64,000 nucleotides of DNA from Dehalococcoidia bacterium (GTDB lineage Bacteria > Chloroflexota > Dehalococcoidia > Plut-88900), in the NCBI GenBank assembly GCA_965197645.1, contig OZ240219.1, positions 1,280,001-1,344,000 on the forward strand. Reading direction: 5' to 3'. The stretch's first letter is position 1. Each line of letters begins with the position of its first letter. A program made the translations under genes and the position numbers. This document shows positions 9,379 to 18,671 of this stretch, in pieces. A model generated the notes under the pieces. The model worked only from the letters and a program-made list of their open reading frames with translations, made no database searches and was not told the origin of the DNA.

Positions 9379-10899
9379 CTACTCCAGGGTCAACAGATAG
9401 GCCACTACGTCGTTGATCTGCTGAGCCGTGAGCGTTGCATGGAAGTCCTGAGGCATCAGATTGGGGGTGAAGTCCTCCAACATGAATGCCATCGGGTCCA
9501 TGATGGACTGCCGGATGTACTCCTCCGCGTTCAGCCCCGACACCGTATCGCCGGCCCTGCTCGCTATACCCTGGAGACTGGGCCCTAGACCCACGGTCCC
9601 GTCCAGCGAGTGACAGACGTTGCAGGCGATGGGGCCGGCGGTCTCGTACACGGTTACCCCGGCCGCCGCGTTGCCGGCGCCGCCAACGCCGAGGTCAATA
9701 ACGGGCGGCTCTGTCGGTACCGGCGTGGGCGTGAATTCCGGTGCTTCCACGGTGGCTGCAGGAGGAAAGATAGTGGGTACGATATCCGGCGTGGCCTGGA
9801 CCGTCGCCATGGCTGGATACAGGGTCAATAGATAGGCCGTCAAGGCCGAGATTTCATCGGTTGTGAGGGCCTGGCCGGGGTCGTTGTAGACGGCCGCCCT
9901 CTCTGCCATCCTGTTGCCGGGCTTCAGGACCTCGGGATCGGTCAGCCAGCTCTTGATATTACTCTCGGTCAGGGGAACTATGCCCGACGCCATGGTGCTT
10001 CGCGTGGCGAAGTGGGTAAGGTTGGGGCCGGGCACCACCGGGTCTCCGGCGAAAAATGCACTCCTTTGGGACTCTCGCAAGGCCACGGTCTCTGCGCCGT
10101 CCTTGCTGTGGCACAGGATGCAACCCTTGGCCACGAACAGCGTCGCTCCCTGGGCGGCTTCTCCAGTGGGAGTGGTGGCAGCGCGGGTGTAGTCCTCCAC
10201 CCATTGATCAAACTCAGCCCGGGTCTCCACCACCACCCGGAACCTCATCAGGGCATGGGCTGTGCCGCAGAACTCGGCGCACTGGCCCTTGTACTCTCCG
10301 AGCTCGCGGGCGATGAACCAAGTCTCGTTGACGTTGCGGGGCACTATATCCAGCTTGCCCGCCAGGTTGGGGACCCAGAAGCTGTGGATCACGTCGTCGG
10401 AGTGGAGCCTCAGGTCCACACGGGCGTCGATGGGTACGTGAAGCTCATTCGCCGTGGCCACTCCCAACTCGGGGTATCGAAACTCGAACCACCATTGGTG
10501 GGCTATCACGTCCACTTCGATTTTCGGTATGTCGGTAGGTGCGGCTTCGATATCGGTCTCGAAAAGCACGATGAGGGTGGGAATGGCTATGCCGACAAGG
10601 ATTATCGCCGGAGCGATGGTCCAGGCTATCTCCAGCTTGGTGTGGCCGTGTACCTGCTTGGGTATGCCATCGCCGGGACGTCTTCGGAACCGGAAGGCGC
10701 TGTAGATCAGGACGCCTTCGACGATGACGAACACGAAGGTGCCCAATCCGAATATTATCCAGAATAGCTCCAGCTGTTTCTGGGCGATGTCACCCTTGGC
10801 GTCAAAGGTAGACTGATCGCCACAGCTTGCGATCAGGAGAATGGCTACAAAGGAAAGGAATACGAGTATGAGATGCCGCGAATAGCGGCGGTGCGACAC
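9379..10899 (-). CDS. ctaC: Cytochrome c oxidase subunit II with two fused cytochrome c domains
   Basis: Lipobox LLIASC, HQWWFEF, DVIHSFW, CAEFCGTAHALM; CxxCH at CILCH and CNVCH. Confidence 0.93.
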   Translation of the reverse strand: MSHRRYSRHLILVFLSFVAILLIASCGDQSTFDAKGDIAQKQLELFWIIFGLGTFVFVIVEGVLIYSAFRFRRRPGDGIPKQVHGHTKLEIAWTIAPAIILVGIAIPTLIVLFETDIEAAPTDIPKIEVDVIAHQWWFEFRYPELGVATANELHVPIDARVDLRLHSDDVIHSFWVPNLAGKLDIVPRNVNETWFIARELGEYKGQCAEFCGTAHALMRFRVVVETRAEFDQWVEDYTRAATTPTGEAAQGATLFVAKGCILCHSKDGAETVALRESQRSAFFAGDPVVPGPNLTHFATRSTMASGIVPLTESNIKSWLTDPEVLKPGNRMAERAAVYNDPGQALTTDEISALTAYLLTLYPAMATVQATPDIVPTIFPPAATVEAPEFTPTPVPTEPPVIDLGVGGAGNAAAGVTVYETAGPIACNVCHSLDGTVGLGPSLQGIASRAGDTVSGLNAEEYIRQSIMDPMAFMLEDFTPNLMPQDFHATLTAQQINDVVAYLLTLE

Positions 10900-10944
10900 T
10901 AGAGACTCCTCCGGCTGGCCTGGAAATGTCTTCTTGCGGCCTTT

Positions 10945-10962
10945 TTGTAAAATTTTTCACGC
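10945..10962. promoter_or_regulatory. Rex-like operator TTGTAAA-ATTT-TTCACGC upstream of ctaC
   Basis: 3 mismatches to TTGTGAA-N4-TTCACAA; AT-rich site in GC-rich DNA. Confidence 0.55.
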
Positions 10963-11055
10963 GGAGATTATCAGAGCTTCAGCAGCCAGTCAAGGGGTTT
11001 TGGCCGGTAACTTTAGACCATCCGGTCATGCTGACACCTCCGGCCCAAAGACGTG

Positions 11056-11087
11056 TGATATACTGCCCTATGTGCAGAAATGCACAA
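11056..11087 (+). promoter_or_regulatory. Extended -10 (TGaTATACT) followed by Rex-like palindrome ATGTGCA-GAAA-TGCACAA upstream of ctaA
   Basis: Perfect TGTGCA/TGCACA dyad with 4-nt spacer at the expected start site. Confidence 0.6.
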
Positions 11088-11146
11088 TTCCTAAGGCTGG
11101 CATTACGTCACACTTGGACGATGGAACGGACTGAGAGCAGAGGGTA

Positions 11147-12118
11147 ATGGATAGGGCGCTCAGCGTCTCCCAAACCCATCCAAGGGCCGAGGTTGCCCTC
11201 AGGTATCTAGCGTTGACCGCCATCGTGGCGGTTTTCTCCCTCATCACCTTCGGAGGGGTGGTCAGGGTGACCGAGTCCGGCCTGGGCTGCCCGGACTGGC
11301 CCCTCTGTCACGGGCAGATCATCCCACCGGCCGATGCCACCACCCTCATCGAGTACTCCCACCGGCTTCTGGCCAGCTTCACCGGGCTGCTCATTCTGTC
11401 TGTGGCGTTCCTCGTGTGGAAGATCCACCGGCAGGACCGCCTGTTGGTAAGTCTGATGGCAGCGGTTGTCGTGCTGCTGATAGTCCAAGTGGGCCTGGGT
11501 GGAGCGACGGTACTTACCGAGCTCTCCGAGGGTCTGGTGGTCGCTCACCTGGCCACGGCCGAGGTGTTCCTGGCCTGCCTGATATTAAGCACGGTCTTGC
11601 TGTGGAGGATCCCGACCGATGAGAACGCTCTCCCGTTTGATACCCCGGTGGAGAAGAACGACCATCGCAGGCCCACCTGGATACCGATAGCTCTAGTGGC
11701 TGTCTTCATCCTGATGATGACCGGGGCCTACGTGAGGGCCTCAGGCGCGACAGTGGCCTGCGGCGACACCTGGCCCCTGTGTGCCGGGGAGATTATTCGA
11801 GGAGGAACGCTGTCTCTGGTCCATATGTTCCACCGGATTCTCACCATTCCTGCAGCGGGTCTGGTCATAGCCGCCCTGGTGGAGGCGTGGCGTCTGCGAG
11901 AAAGCTACCCTTCCTTGCGGGTACCGGCGCTGGCCCTGGCCGGGGTGTTCATCGCCCAGGTTCTGATAGGCGGGTTCAACGTGTGGATGGCCTTTCCCGG
12001 ATGGGCCAACGTGCTCCATCTGTCAGGAGCGACGCTGACCTTTGCATTGCTGGTGTGGCTGACTGCCCTGGCGCGGCCACCAGTGAAGGACCTTTCTACG
12101 AGGGCGGGCGATGCTTAG
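11147..12118 (+). CDS. ctaA: Heme A synthase (COX15/CtaA)
   Basis: GLGCPDWPLC, EYSHR, second C..WPLC, HMFHR. Confidence 0.93.
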   Translation: MDRALSVSQTHPRAEVALRYLALTAIVAVFSLITFGGVVRVTESGLGCPDWPLCHGQIIPPADATTLIEYSHRLLASFTGLLILSVAFLVWKIHRQDRLLVSLMAAVVVLLIVQVGLGGATVLTELSEGLVVAHLATAEVFLACLILSTVLLWRIPTDENALPFDTPVEKNDHRRPTWIPIALVAVFILMMTGAYVRASGATVACGDTWPLCAGEIIRGGTLSLVHMFHRILTIPAAGLVIAALVEAWRLRESYPSLRVPALALAGVFIAQVLIGGFNVWMAFPGWANVLHLSGATLTFALLVWLTALARPPVKDLSTRAGDA

Positions 12119-13022
12119 GCAGCGATACCTGTTCCAGCTCCGTCACGCCCCGGCGATATCCGGTGTCATCGCCGACTACCTGGCCCTGACAAAGCCGGTC
12201 ATAATCTCGCTGTTGCTGGTGACGGCCCTGGGTGGGATGTTCGTTGCCGAGCAGGGTGTGCCCTCCCCCCAGCTTCTTGCGTGGGTCATGCTGGGCGGCG
12301 CCCTTGGCGCCGGGGGCGCCAACGCGCTGAACCATTACGTCGAGAGGGACACCGACAAGCTGATGACCCGTACCCGCCGGCGTCCGGTAGCTGCCCACAG
12401 GATCGGCCCGACCCAGGCGCTGCTGTTCGGTCTCGCTCTCAATCTGCTGGCGTTCCTAGTCTTGTTCCTCCAGGTGAACCTGATAAGCGCACTCCTCACG
12501 TTGGGCGCCTCCGTGTTCTACGTGTTGGTATACACAATCTGGCTGAAGCGGACCACCACGCAGAACATAGTTATAGGAGGGGCGGCCGGCTCCATACCCC
12601 CGGTGGTAGGCTGGACTGCGGTGACGGGCCAGCTGGACCTGCCCGCCTTCTACCTCTTCGCAATCGTATTCTTCTGGACGCCCTACCATTTCTGGGCGCT
12701 GGCCCTTCTCATACGACGAGACTACGCCGAGGCCAACATACCCATGCTGCCCGTGGTCAAAGGCGTTCCGGAGACCACCTGGAACATACTCCTCTATGGC
12801 CTGTTGCTGACAGCGCTGAGCCTGCTGTTCTTCACCACCCAGGCCGTGGACTGGATATACCTCTTCAGCGCCGCAGGACTGTGCGTCCCCTTGGTGTGGC
12901 TGGCCTGGAAGCTGTGGAGATCGAACACGATTTCCTCCGCTCGGACCACCTATTTGTACTCGCTGGTCTTCCTTGCAGGGCTGTTCGCAGCCATGATGGT
13001 GGATGGCGCAGTTTCGATCTAG
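12111..13022 (+). CDS. ctaB: Protoheme IX farnesyltransferase
   Basis: LTKP, ERDTDKLMTRTRRRP, QNIVIGGAAG, WTPYHFWAL. Confidence 0.95.
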   Translation: MLRQRYLFQLRHAPAISGVIADYLALTKPVIISLLLVTALGGMFVAEQGVPSPQLLAWVMLGGALGAGGANALNHYVERDTDKLMTRTRRRPVAAHRIGPTQALLFGLALNLLAFLVLFLQVNLISALLTLGASVFYVLVYTIWLKRTTTQNIVIGGAAGSIPPVVGWTAVTGQLDLPAFYLFAIVFFWTPYHFWALALLIRRDYAEANIPMLPVVKGVPETTWNILLYGLLLTALSLLFFTTQAVDWIYLFSAAGLCVPLVWLAWKLWRSNTISSARTTYLYSLVFLAGLFAAMMVDGAVSI

Positions 13023-13758
13023 CTTGACATCGAGCAGTTCAAAACCTTATGTCTCTTGGCGACTGCTGGCGCTGGTTGCCCTGGGTCTCTTGATGCTCGG
13101 CTGGGCATGCTCGGGAGGCGGCCCCTCCACCGAGCTGTCCAATATCGGTACGGCCCCGACCTGGGAGCTGGACTCCCAATCGGGGGACAAAGTGGCCTCT
13201 AAGGACCTGTTGGGTAAGGCCTATGTGGCAAACTTCATATGGACCAACTGCCGCGATACCTGCCCGACCATGTCGCTCCAGATGGCGATACTCCAGGAGA
13301 GGCTGAAGGCAGACCGGTTGCTGGGAAACGACGCCGTGCTCGTTTCCTTCTCCATCGATCCCGATCGGGACACACCCGAGCGGCTGCAAAAATACGCCCG
13401 CCTGTTCAAAGCCGATCCCGACGGCTGGTTCTTCCTCACCGGCGCCCCCGGTTCGATCATCGAGGTGGTGACCAACGGCTTTGGTGTGTCCTTCCGGCCA
13501 ATCACAGGGGGGACCGACCAGCTTCACGTCGACGACGTGGCTACACAGGAAGGCGGCGGCCAGGTAGAGCTAGAGTTAGAGGACGTGGTGGGGGCCGATG
13601 ATCTGGGCGAACTACTGGATATCGATCACTCGGTCCAGTTCCAGCACCAGGATGTGTTCGTCCTGGTGGATGGAGAGGGTCGCATTCGCCAGTACTACAT
13701 CAATTCTTTCCTGGATATCGACCAGGTCATGCGTGACATCAAGAAGGTGTTGGGTTGA
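13003..13758 (+). CDS. SCO family copper chaperone (lipoprotein)
   Basis: FIWTNCRDTCP (CxxxC), SIDPDRDTPE, LGWAC lipobox; start uncertain. Confidence 0.88.
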   Translation: MAQFRSSLTSSSSKPYVSWRLLALVALGLLMLGWACSGGGPSTELSNIGTAPTWELDSQSGDKVASKDLLGKAYVANFIWTNCRDTCPTMSLQMAILQERLKADRLLGNDAVLVSFSIDPDRDTPERLQKYARLFKADPDGWFFLTGAPGSIIEVVTNGFGVSFRPITGGTDQLHVDDVATQEGGGQVELELEDVVGADDLGELLDIDHSVQFQHQDVFVLVDGEGRIRQYYINSFLDIDQVMRDIKKVLG

Positions 13759-13813
13759 CGCCAGAGCAGATAAAGGATGTCTTGGCCTGTCCGATGACCC
13801 GGTAGGCCGGCGA

Positions 13814-14560
13814 TCAGCCGGTCTTGAGTTGGTTGATCTCGTCTTCCAGCTCTGCCACTGCCAGGTAGTCTTCCTCGCACAGCTTGTAGCAGCGCTCGGT
13901 GTAGAGTTGGGAGAGCCTGCTGGCCACGGGTCCTGGGGTTTGGGCCGCTTCGATAAGCTCGTCGACCCTGTACTTGACGCCGAGATGTTTGGACAGGCCC
14001 TCCATCTCCTTGAGGACCTCCTCGGCTTGAGAGCTATCGTTGCCCTCTATGGCGTAGCGAAGGGAGCCGGTGAACTTGGCCAGTTCGCTCAGCTTGTCCT
14101 TGTCGCTCATCACGGAGTAGAAGACCTCGCTGGCGTTCTCCTCGGACTCTCCGGCCAATTCCTGGACCGGCTCGGGTAAAGAGGGCCGGCTATTGTACAG
14201 CCTCAGATAGTCCTGGGCCGCCTCGCTAGTGCGGTAGAGCATCCTTTCGACCTCCGCCTCGTCGACGCTTCCGCCGTGGACCAGATCATCGCCCCGGGAC
14301 TCGGCGAGGGCTTGCAGATAGGCCACACTGTCCACCTTCTCCGGCACCGGAGGCAGGGGTATAGAGGAAACGTTCTCCACGTCGGTCATAGAGACTTTGG
14401 AGGCGAACATGGGCGGCATGTACTTGGCCAGCTCGATGTTGATGGGCGGGACGATGAGGTAGGTGGCATAGACCTGGGACTGGTCCGTCTCAGAGGTGAA
14501 GTAAAGAAGGGCGTGGCCTCTGGGGTTGCTTGGGTCCCCTCTTTCGAAGTCTATCGCCAT
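13814..14560 (-). CDS. Hypothetical protein with UVR-like coiled-coil C-terminus
   Basis: 248-aa ORF with host-like codon usage; ends EEDYLAVAELEDEINQL. Confidence 0.7.
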   Translation of the reverse strand: MAIDFERGDPSNPRGHALLYFTSETDQSQVYATYLIVPPINIELAKYMPPMFASKVSMTDVENVSSIPLPPVPEKVDSVAYLQALAESRGDDLVHGGSVDEAEVERMLYRTSEAAQDYLRLYNSRPSLPEPVQELAGESEENASEVFYSVMSDKDKLSELAKFTGSLRYAIEGNDSSQAEEVLKEMEGLSKHLGVKYRVDELIEAAQTPGPVASRLSQLYTERCYKLCEEDYLAVAELEDEINQLKTG

Positions 14561-14676
14561 AGCTGGGGCTCTCTAGACCGACTGTCACACAATCAAGGCG
14601 GTTGGGAAACGGCGCGCAGTGAACTACAGAACATGATAGCACAGGTATTAACGGGACAGTGAGAACGCCGGTCGGT

Positions 14677-15639
14677 CTATTCGGTATCCAACCTGCGGCG
14701 GCTCTCCCATCTATCGGCCACCGGTTCCACGGCCGCGGGCGCCAGGAAGAAGGCGAAGATCAGAATGGCCGTCAGCACCATCGAGAAGAAGCCGATGCCG
14801 ACGTCCTCGCTTTGGAAGATGCCTACGAACATGGAGAAGGTAACCACCATAAGTGCCCCGATCTTGAGGGCGCCTGCCCGCAGGCGGATGAAAACGGCAG
14901 TAGTGAGACCAAGGCCTATGTATGCCAGGGCCATAGTCCCGTCAGCATCGTGGACCGCTACTTCCGTACTGAGCAGGCCGCCCGCCCGCCCCAGCAGGAT
15001 GAGCCAGGCCACCACCACCGGAAGAGGCAACAGCATGAGAGATGCCAGCATCCAGTTTCTTCGAGCCACTTTGACGGTTGTGGAGACGATGAGCCACAAG
15101 GCGATGGGTAGATAGATGCCCCATATCGCTAGGGTCAGCATGTCTGGGGCAGGTCCACTGGATAGGAAAACCCCGGCCAGCTGGCCCAGGACGGGAAGGA
15201 ACAGATAGCCGGTGATGATCAGCGGCACCAGTGAGTATCCCACCCAGGGATACAGCCAGCCCGGTTTGCCCTGCCACCAGCCGTAGAGGGTGACGGCCAC
15301 TATGGGGACCAGGAGAGAAGGGGCCAACAGCCAGCGGTCCCAGCCGCCAACGGCAAATAGGAAGGCAATCATGAAGTGGGGAAGGGCCGCCAGCCCCACC
15401 TCCGGCCAAGTCACCCGGTGGTGGGCCTCGTAGAGGAGGCGGGCAACCGAGCGGGGACGCCCGAAGGACTCTATGGCTTGTTGAAGGGCCTGACGTTGGG
15501 GAACGCCGACCTCATGCAGCTCGGTGAGCTTGTCGTCGAAGTAAGAACGGAGCTCCAGGACGATGTGCTTTTCCGTCTCGGAATCCAGATGGAGGTGGCT
15601 CCGTACCTGCTCCAGGTATGCATCGAGCTCTGTAAGCAT
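14677..15639 (-). CDS. Membrane protein with N-terminal HAAS/permease-prefix domain
   Basis: YLEQVRSHL..ELRSYFDD..AIESFGRPRSVA followed by several TM segments; downstream of PadR. Confidence 0.75.
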   Translation of the reverse strand: MLTELDAYLEQVRSHLHLDSETEKHIVLELRSYFDDKLTELHEVGVPQRQALQQAIESFGRPRSVARLLYEAHHRVTWPEVGLAALPHFMIAFLFAVGGWDRWLLAPSLLVPIVAVTLYGWWQGKPGWLYPWVGYSLVPLIITGYLFLPVLGQLAGVFLSSGPAPDMLTLAIWGIYLPIALWLIVSTTVKVARRNWMLASLMLLPLPVVVAWLILLGRAGGLLSTEVAVHDADGTMALAYIGLGLTTAVFIRLRAGALKIGALMVVTFSMFVGIFQSEDVGIGFFSMVLTAILIFAFFLAPAAVEPVADRWESRRRLDTE

Positions 15640-15664
15640 CTGTTCGGCCTCTGCTGAGACGATG

Positions 15665-16030
15665 CTATGGATTGCCGGTGTCTATGATGCGATTGACGGC
15701 GGTGGAGAACTGGCGCCACTGCTCCCTCCGGCTTTGAAGCACCCGATGGCCTTCTGCGGTCAGGGAGTAGTAGCGGCGTTCCATCCCATTCACAGACACC
15801 CATTCGCCCTGTATCAGACCGGCCTGTTCCAGGCGGTGTAGAGCTGGGTATATGGTGCCTTCTTTAAACTGAAGGTGTCCATCGCTCCTCCTCCGGACCT
15901 CCTTGATCAGGCTGTAGCCGTACATGGGAGAATTTCCGATGAGGGCCAGTAACAACGATTCTGTGCTTCCTCGAAGCAGGTCTCCCAGGTAGTCTTTCGC
16001 CTCGGTGGACTTTCGCTTTCGGAGCACCAT
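15665..16030 (-). CDS. PadR family transcriptional regulator
   Basis: MYGYSLI, EGTIYPALHRLE, RRYYSLTAEG; ATG 16030 is 6 nt below a TTGACA-17-TACTTT promoter. Confidence 0.9.
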   Translation of the reverse strand: MVLRKRKSTEAKDYLGDLLRGSTESLLLALIGNSPMYGYSLIKEVRRRSDGHLQFKEGTIYPALHRLEQAGLIQGEWVSVNGMERRYYSLTAEGHRVLQSRREQWRQFSTAVNRIIDTGNP

Positions 16031-16176
16031 GAGACAAAAGTAAAGGAAACGCCGGGGGATGTCAACGGCGCCCTCTTGCTGCTCACGCATCCAGGTTGTC
16101 GATACCTGTGGGCCGTGCTAGAATACGCCCCGATTTCCCCCCTTCATGCCCATTTGTAAGCACTGAGGTAATAAGC

Positions 16177-18231
16177 GTGGTACCACCAGGCGAAATATTC
16201 GGGTTCATACCAACCTGGGTCGGCGTCTTCGTGTTCGCCGGAGTTTGTTTCGGACTGACCGGCCTCATTCTCCACATGCGGGTCTTCCGCCTGGTCCTGA
16301 TGGGCCAGAAGGTGAACCGGTTCGACCAGATCCTGAAGAGGTCCTTGAGCGCCTTTCTGGTGGTGCTGGGCCAGCGGAAAGTGCTTCAGAGGGTCTCACT
16401 GACGGACAGGGCGGGGCTGGGCCACGTCTTCATCTTTTGGGGCTTCCTCTCCTTCGTTACCAGCTACATCCTGTTCATCTTCCTCGATTCAATTCACCAC
16501 GATATCTCCGCCACCATCTTCACGGAAACAGGGGTCAAGGTATTCGTCTTCATCCTGGATTCGTTGGGACTGGCGATACTGTCCGCCCTGATCTGGGCCC
16601 TGTTCCGAAGGTGGGTAATGACACCCCATCGCCTCAGCTACGACCTGACTCAGAGCAAAGACGCCATCGTTATAGTTTCGGTGATCGGCAGCCTGATGGT
16701 CCTTACCTTCCTGATAGAGGGATTTTACGGAGGGCTGGTGAGCAACGGCTATGTGGCCGATGGCCCACACGCTGCATCGCCCGTAGGCACGTTGCTGGGT
16801 AAGGCCTTCGACGGCCTGGGCGAAGACACCCTGTTGACCCTGCAGGGCGCCTTCTGGTGGGCACACCTGGCCCTGATACTCGGTTTCGGGATGTACATCC
16901 CCTTCTCCAAGCATATGCACATGATCGGAGCGCCTCTCGGCGCCTTTCTCCACGACGTAAATGCCCGGGGCACTCTCCATCCCATCGAAGATATCGAGAC
17001 TGCAGAGACCTATGGCGCCAACCAGATTCAGGACTTCACCTGGAAGGAGCTCTTGGACGGATACGCCTGCGCCGTCTGCGGACGCTGCACCGCTTCCTGT
17101 CCTGCCAGCCTGACAGGCAAAGTGCTCTCGCCGATGCACATCGTCGAGGGGATCAAGGACCATCTGCTCGAAGTGGGACCTACGGTCATCAAGAATAAGG
17201 GCTCTGCAAACGGGGGCGTAGAGGTCCCTCCGGTCATAGGACACGCGGTCAGCGAGGAGGCGATATGGGACTGCGTTACCTGTGGCGCCTGCGAGCAGGA
17301 GTGCCCCGTAGCCATCGAGCACATAGACAGCATAGTCGACATGCGGCGGAACCTGGTGCTTGAACAGGGCTCCATGCCGGAAACTGCCCAGACGGCGCTG
17401 CGGAGCATGGAGACCAGGGGGCACCCGTGGACGGGGACCAAGTTCAGCCGTACCGACTGGGCCGAAGGGCTGGACGTCAAGCAGATATCGGAGAACGACC
17501 ATCCCGACTATCTTCTATGGGTCGGGTGCACACCGGCGCTGGAGGAGCGGAGCCAGGGGATAGTTAGATCACTGGTCCAGGTGTTGAATGCCGCCGGGAT
17601 CAACTTCGCCATCCTGGGTGAGGAGGAAACCTGCAACGGCGACCCGGCCAGGCGCATGGGCAACGAGTATCTCTTCCAGCTTATGGCCCAGCAGAACATC
17701 GAGACCTTCAAGCGGCACGACGTGACCCGGATCATCGCCTCCTGCCCCCACTGCTTCAACACCTTCAAGAACGAATACTCCCAGTTCGGGGCCAAGCTGG
17801 AGGTCATACACCACAATCAGCTCATCGCCGACTTGATAAAACAGGGCAGGCTGAAGCTGAACAAGCCGCTGGACAAGCTGCTCACCTATCACGACTCCTG
17901 CTACCTGGGCCGGCACAACGGCATCTACGAGGAACCCAGGCAGATCCTCGACATCATTCCGAAGCTGCAGGTCAAGGAGATGGAGCGCAACCGGAGCCGA
18001 GGGTTCTGCTGCGGCGCCGGCGGGGGACACATGTGGATGGATGAGTCCAAGGGCGAACGAATCAATCACGTCAGGACCCAGCACGCCCTGGACACCGGTG
18101 CCGAGATGGTCGGTACCTCATGCCCCTTCTGCCTGCAGATGTTCGAGGATGGCATCCGGGTCAAGGAGATGGAGGGGAAGGTGGAAGCCCGCGACCTGGT
18201 TGAGCTGGTGGCCGACTCCCTGGAGAGCTAG
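16177..18231 (+). CDS. FadF-like membrane (Fe-S) oxidoreductase (TM + 2x[4Fe-4S] + 2xCCG)
   Basis: CAVCGRCTASCP, CVTCGACEQECP, YHDSCYLGRHN, CCGAGGG; GTG 16177 follows GAGG. Confidence 0.88.
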   Translation: MVPPGEIFGFIPTWVGVFVFAGVCFGLTGLILHMRVFRLVLMGQKVNRFDQILKRSLSAFLVVLGQRKVLQRVSLTDRAGLGHVFIFWGFLSFVTSYILFIFLDSIHHDISATIFTETGVKVFVFILDSLGLAILSALIWALFRRWVMTPHRLSYDLTQSKDAIVIVSVIGSLMVLTFLIEGFYGGLVSNGYVADGPHAASPVGTLLGKAFDGLGEDTLLTLQGAFWWAHLALILGFGMYIPFSKHMHMIGAPLGAFLHDVNARGTLHPIEDIETAETYGANQIQDFTWKELLDGYACAVCGRCTASCPASLTGKVLSPMHIVEGIKDHLLEVGPTVIKNKGSANGGVEVPPVIGHAVSEEAIWDCVTCGACEQECPVAIEHIDSIVDMRRNLVLEQGSMPETAQTALRSMETRGHPWTGTKFSRTDWAEGLDVKQISENDHPDYLLWVGCTPALEERSQGIVRSLVQVLNAAGINFAILGEEETCNGDPARRMGNEYLFQLMAQQNIETFKRHDVTRIIASCPHCFNTFKNEYSQFGAKLEVIHHNQLIADLIKQGRLKLNKPLDKLLTYHDSCYLGRHNGIYEEPRQILDIIPKLQVKEMERNRSRGFCCGAGGGHMWMDESKGERINHVRTQHALDTGAEMVGTSCPFCLQMFEDGIRVKEMEGKVEARDLVELVADSLES

Positions 18232-18237
18232 AAGGGT

Positions 18238-18630
18238 TGGGGGCACATCCCCCATGCCCCCTGCCAGAGGGAAGTGTCCCTCTGGACTCCCTCAATGGCG
18301 GGTGGGAGAGAAAACCAACCTGGGGTGGTGCCAGTGCTGAGCCTGTCTCAAGTTAGCTGACGCCTGCTTCCCAACCGCCCACCCTCGAACGGTTTAGGAA
18401 CTGGGGGCACATCCCCCATGCCCCCTGCCAGAGGGAGGTGTCCCTCTGGACTACCTCAATGGCGGGTGGGAGGGAAAACCAACCTGGGGTGGTGCCAGTG
18501 TTGAGCCTGTCTCAAATTAGCTGACTCCTGCTTCCCAACCGCCTGCCCTCGAACGGTTTAGGAACTGGGGGCACGTCCCCCATGCCCCCGCCAGAGGGGG
18601 GTGTCCTTCTGGACTCCCTCAAGGGCGGGT
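18238..18630 (+). repeat. Tandem array of 164-bp structured repeat (about 2.4 copies)
   Basis: Units begin 18238, 18402, 18566; near-identical; several internal hairpins. Confidence 0.92.
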
Positions 18631-18671
18631 TCTAGGACAAGCTAGGGAGGATATTCCCTCCGGCACTGCTC

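Noticed and set aside
18238-18630. CRISPR array
   Set aside because: Whole 164-bp units repeat with no unique spacers; no cas genes in the window
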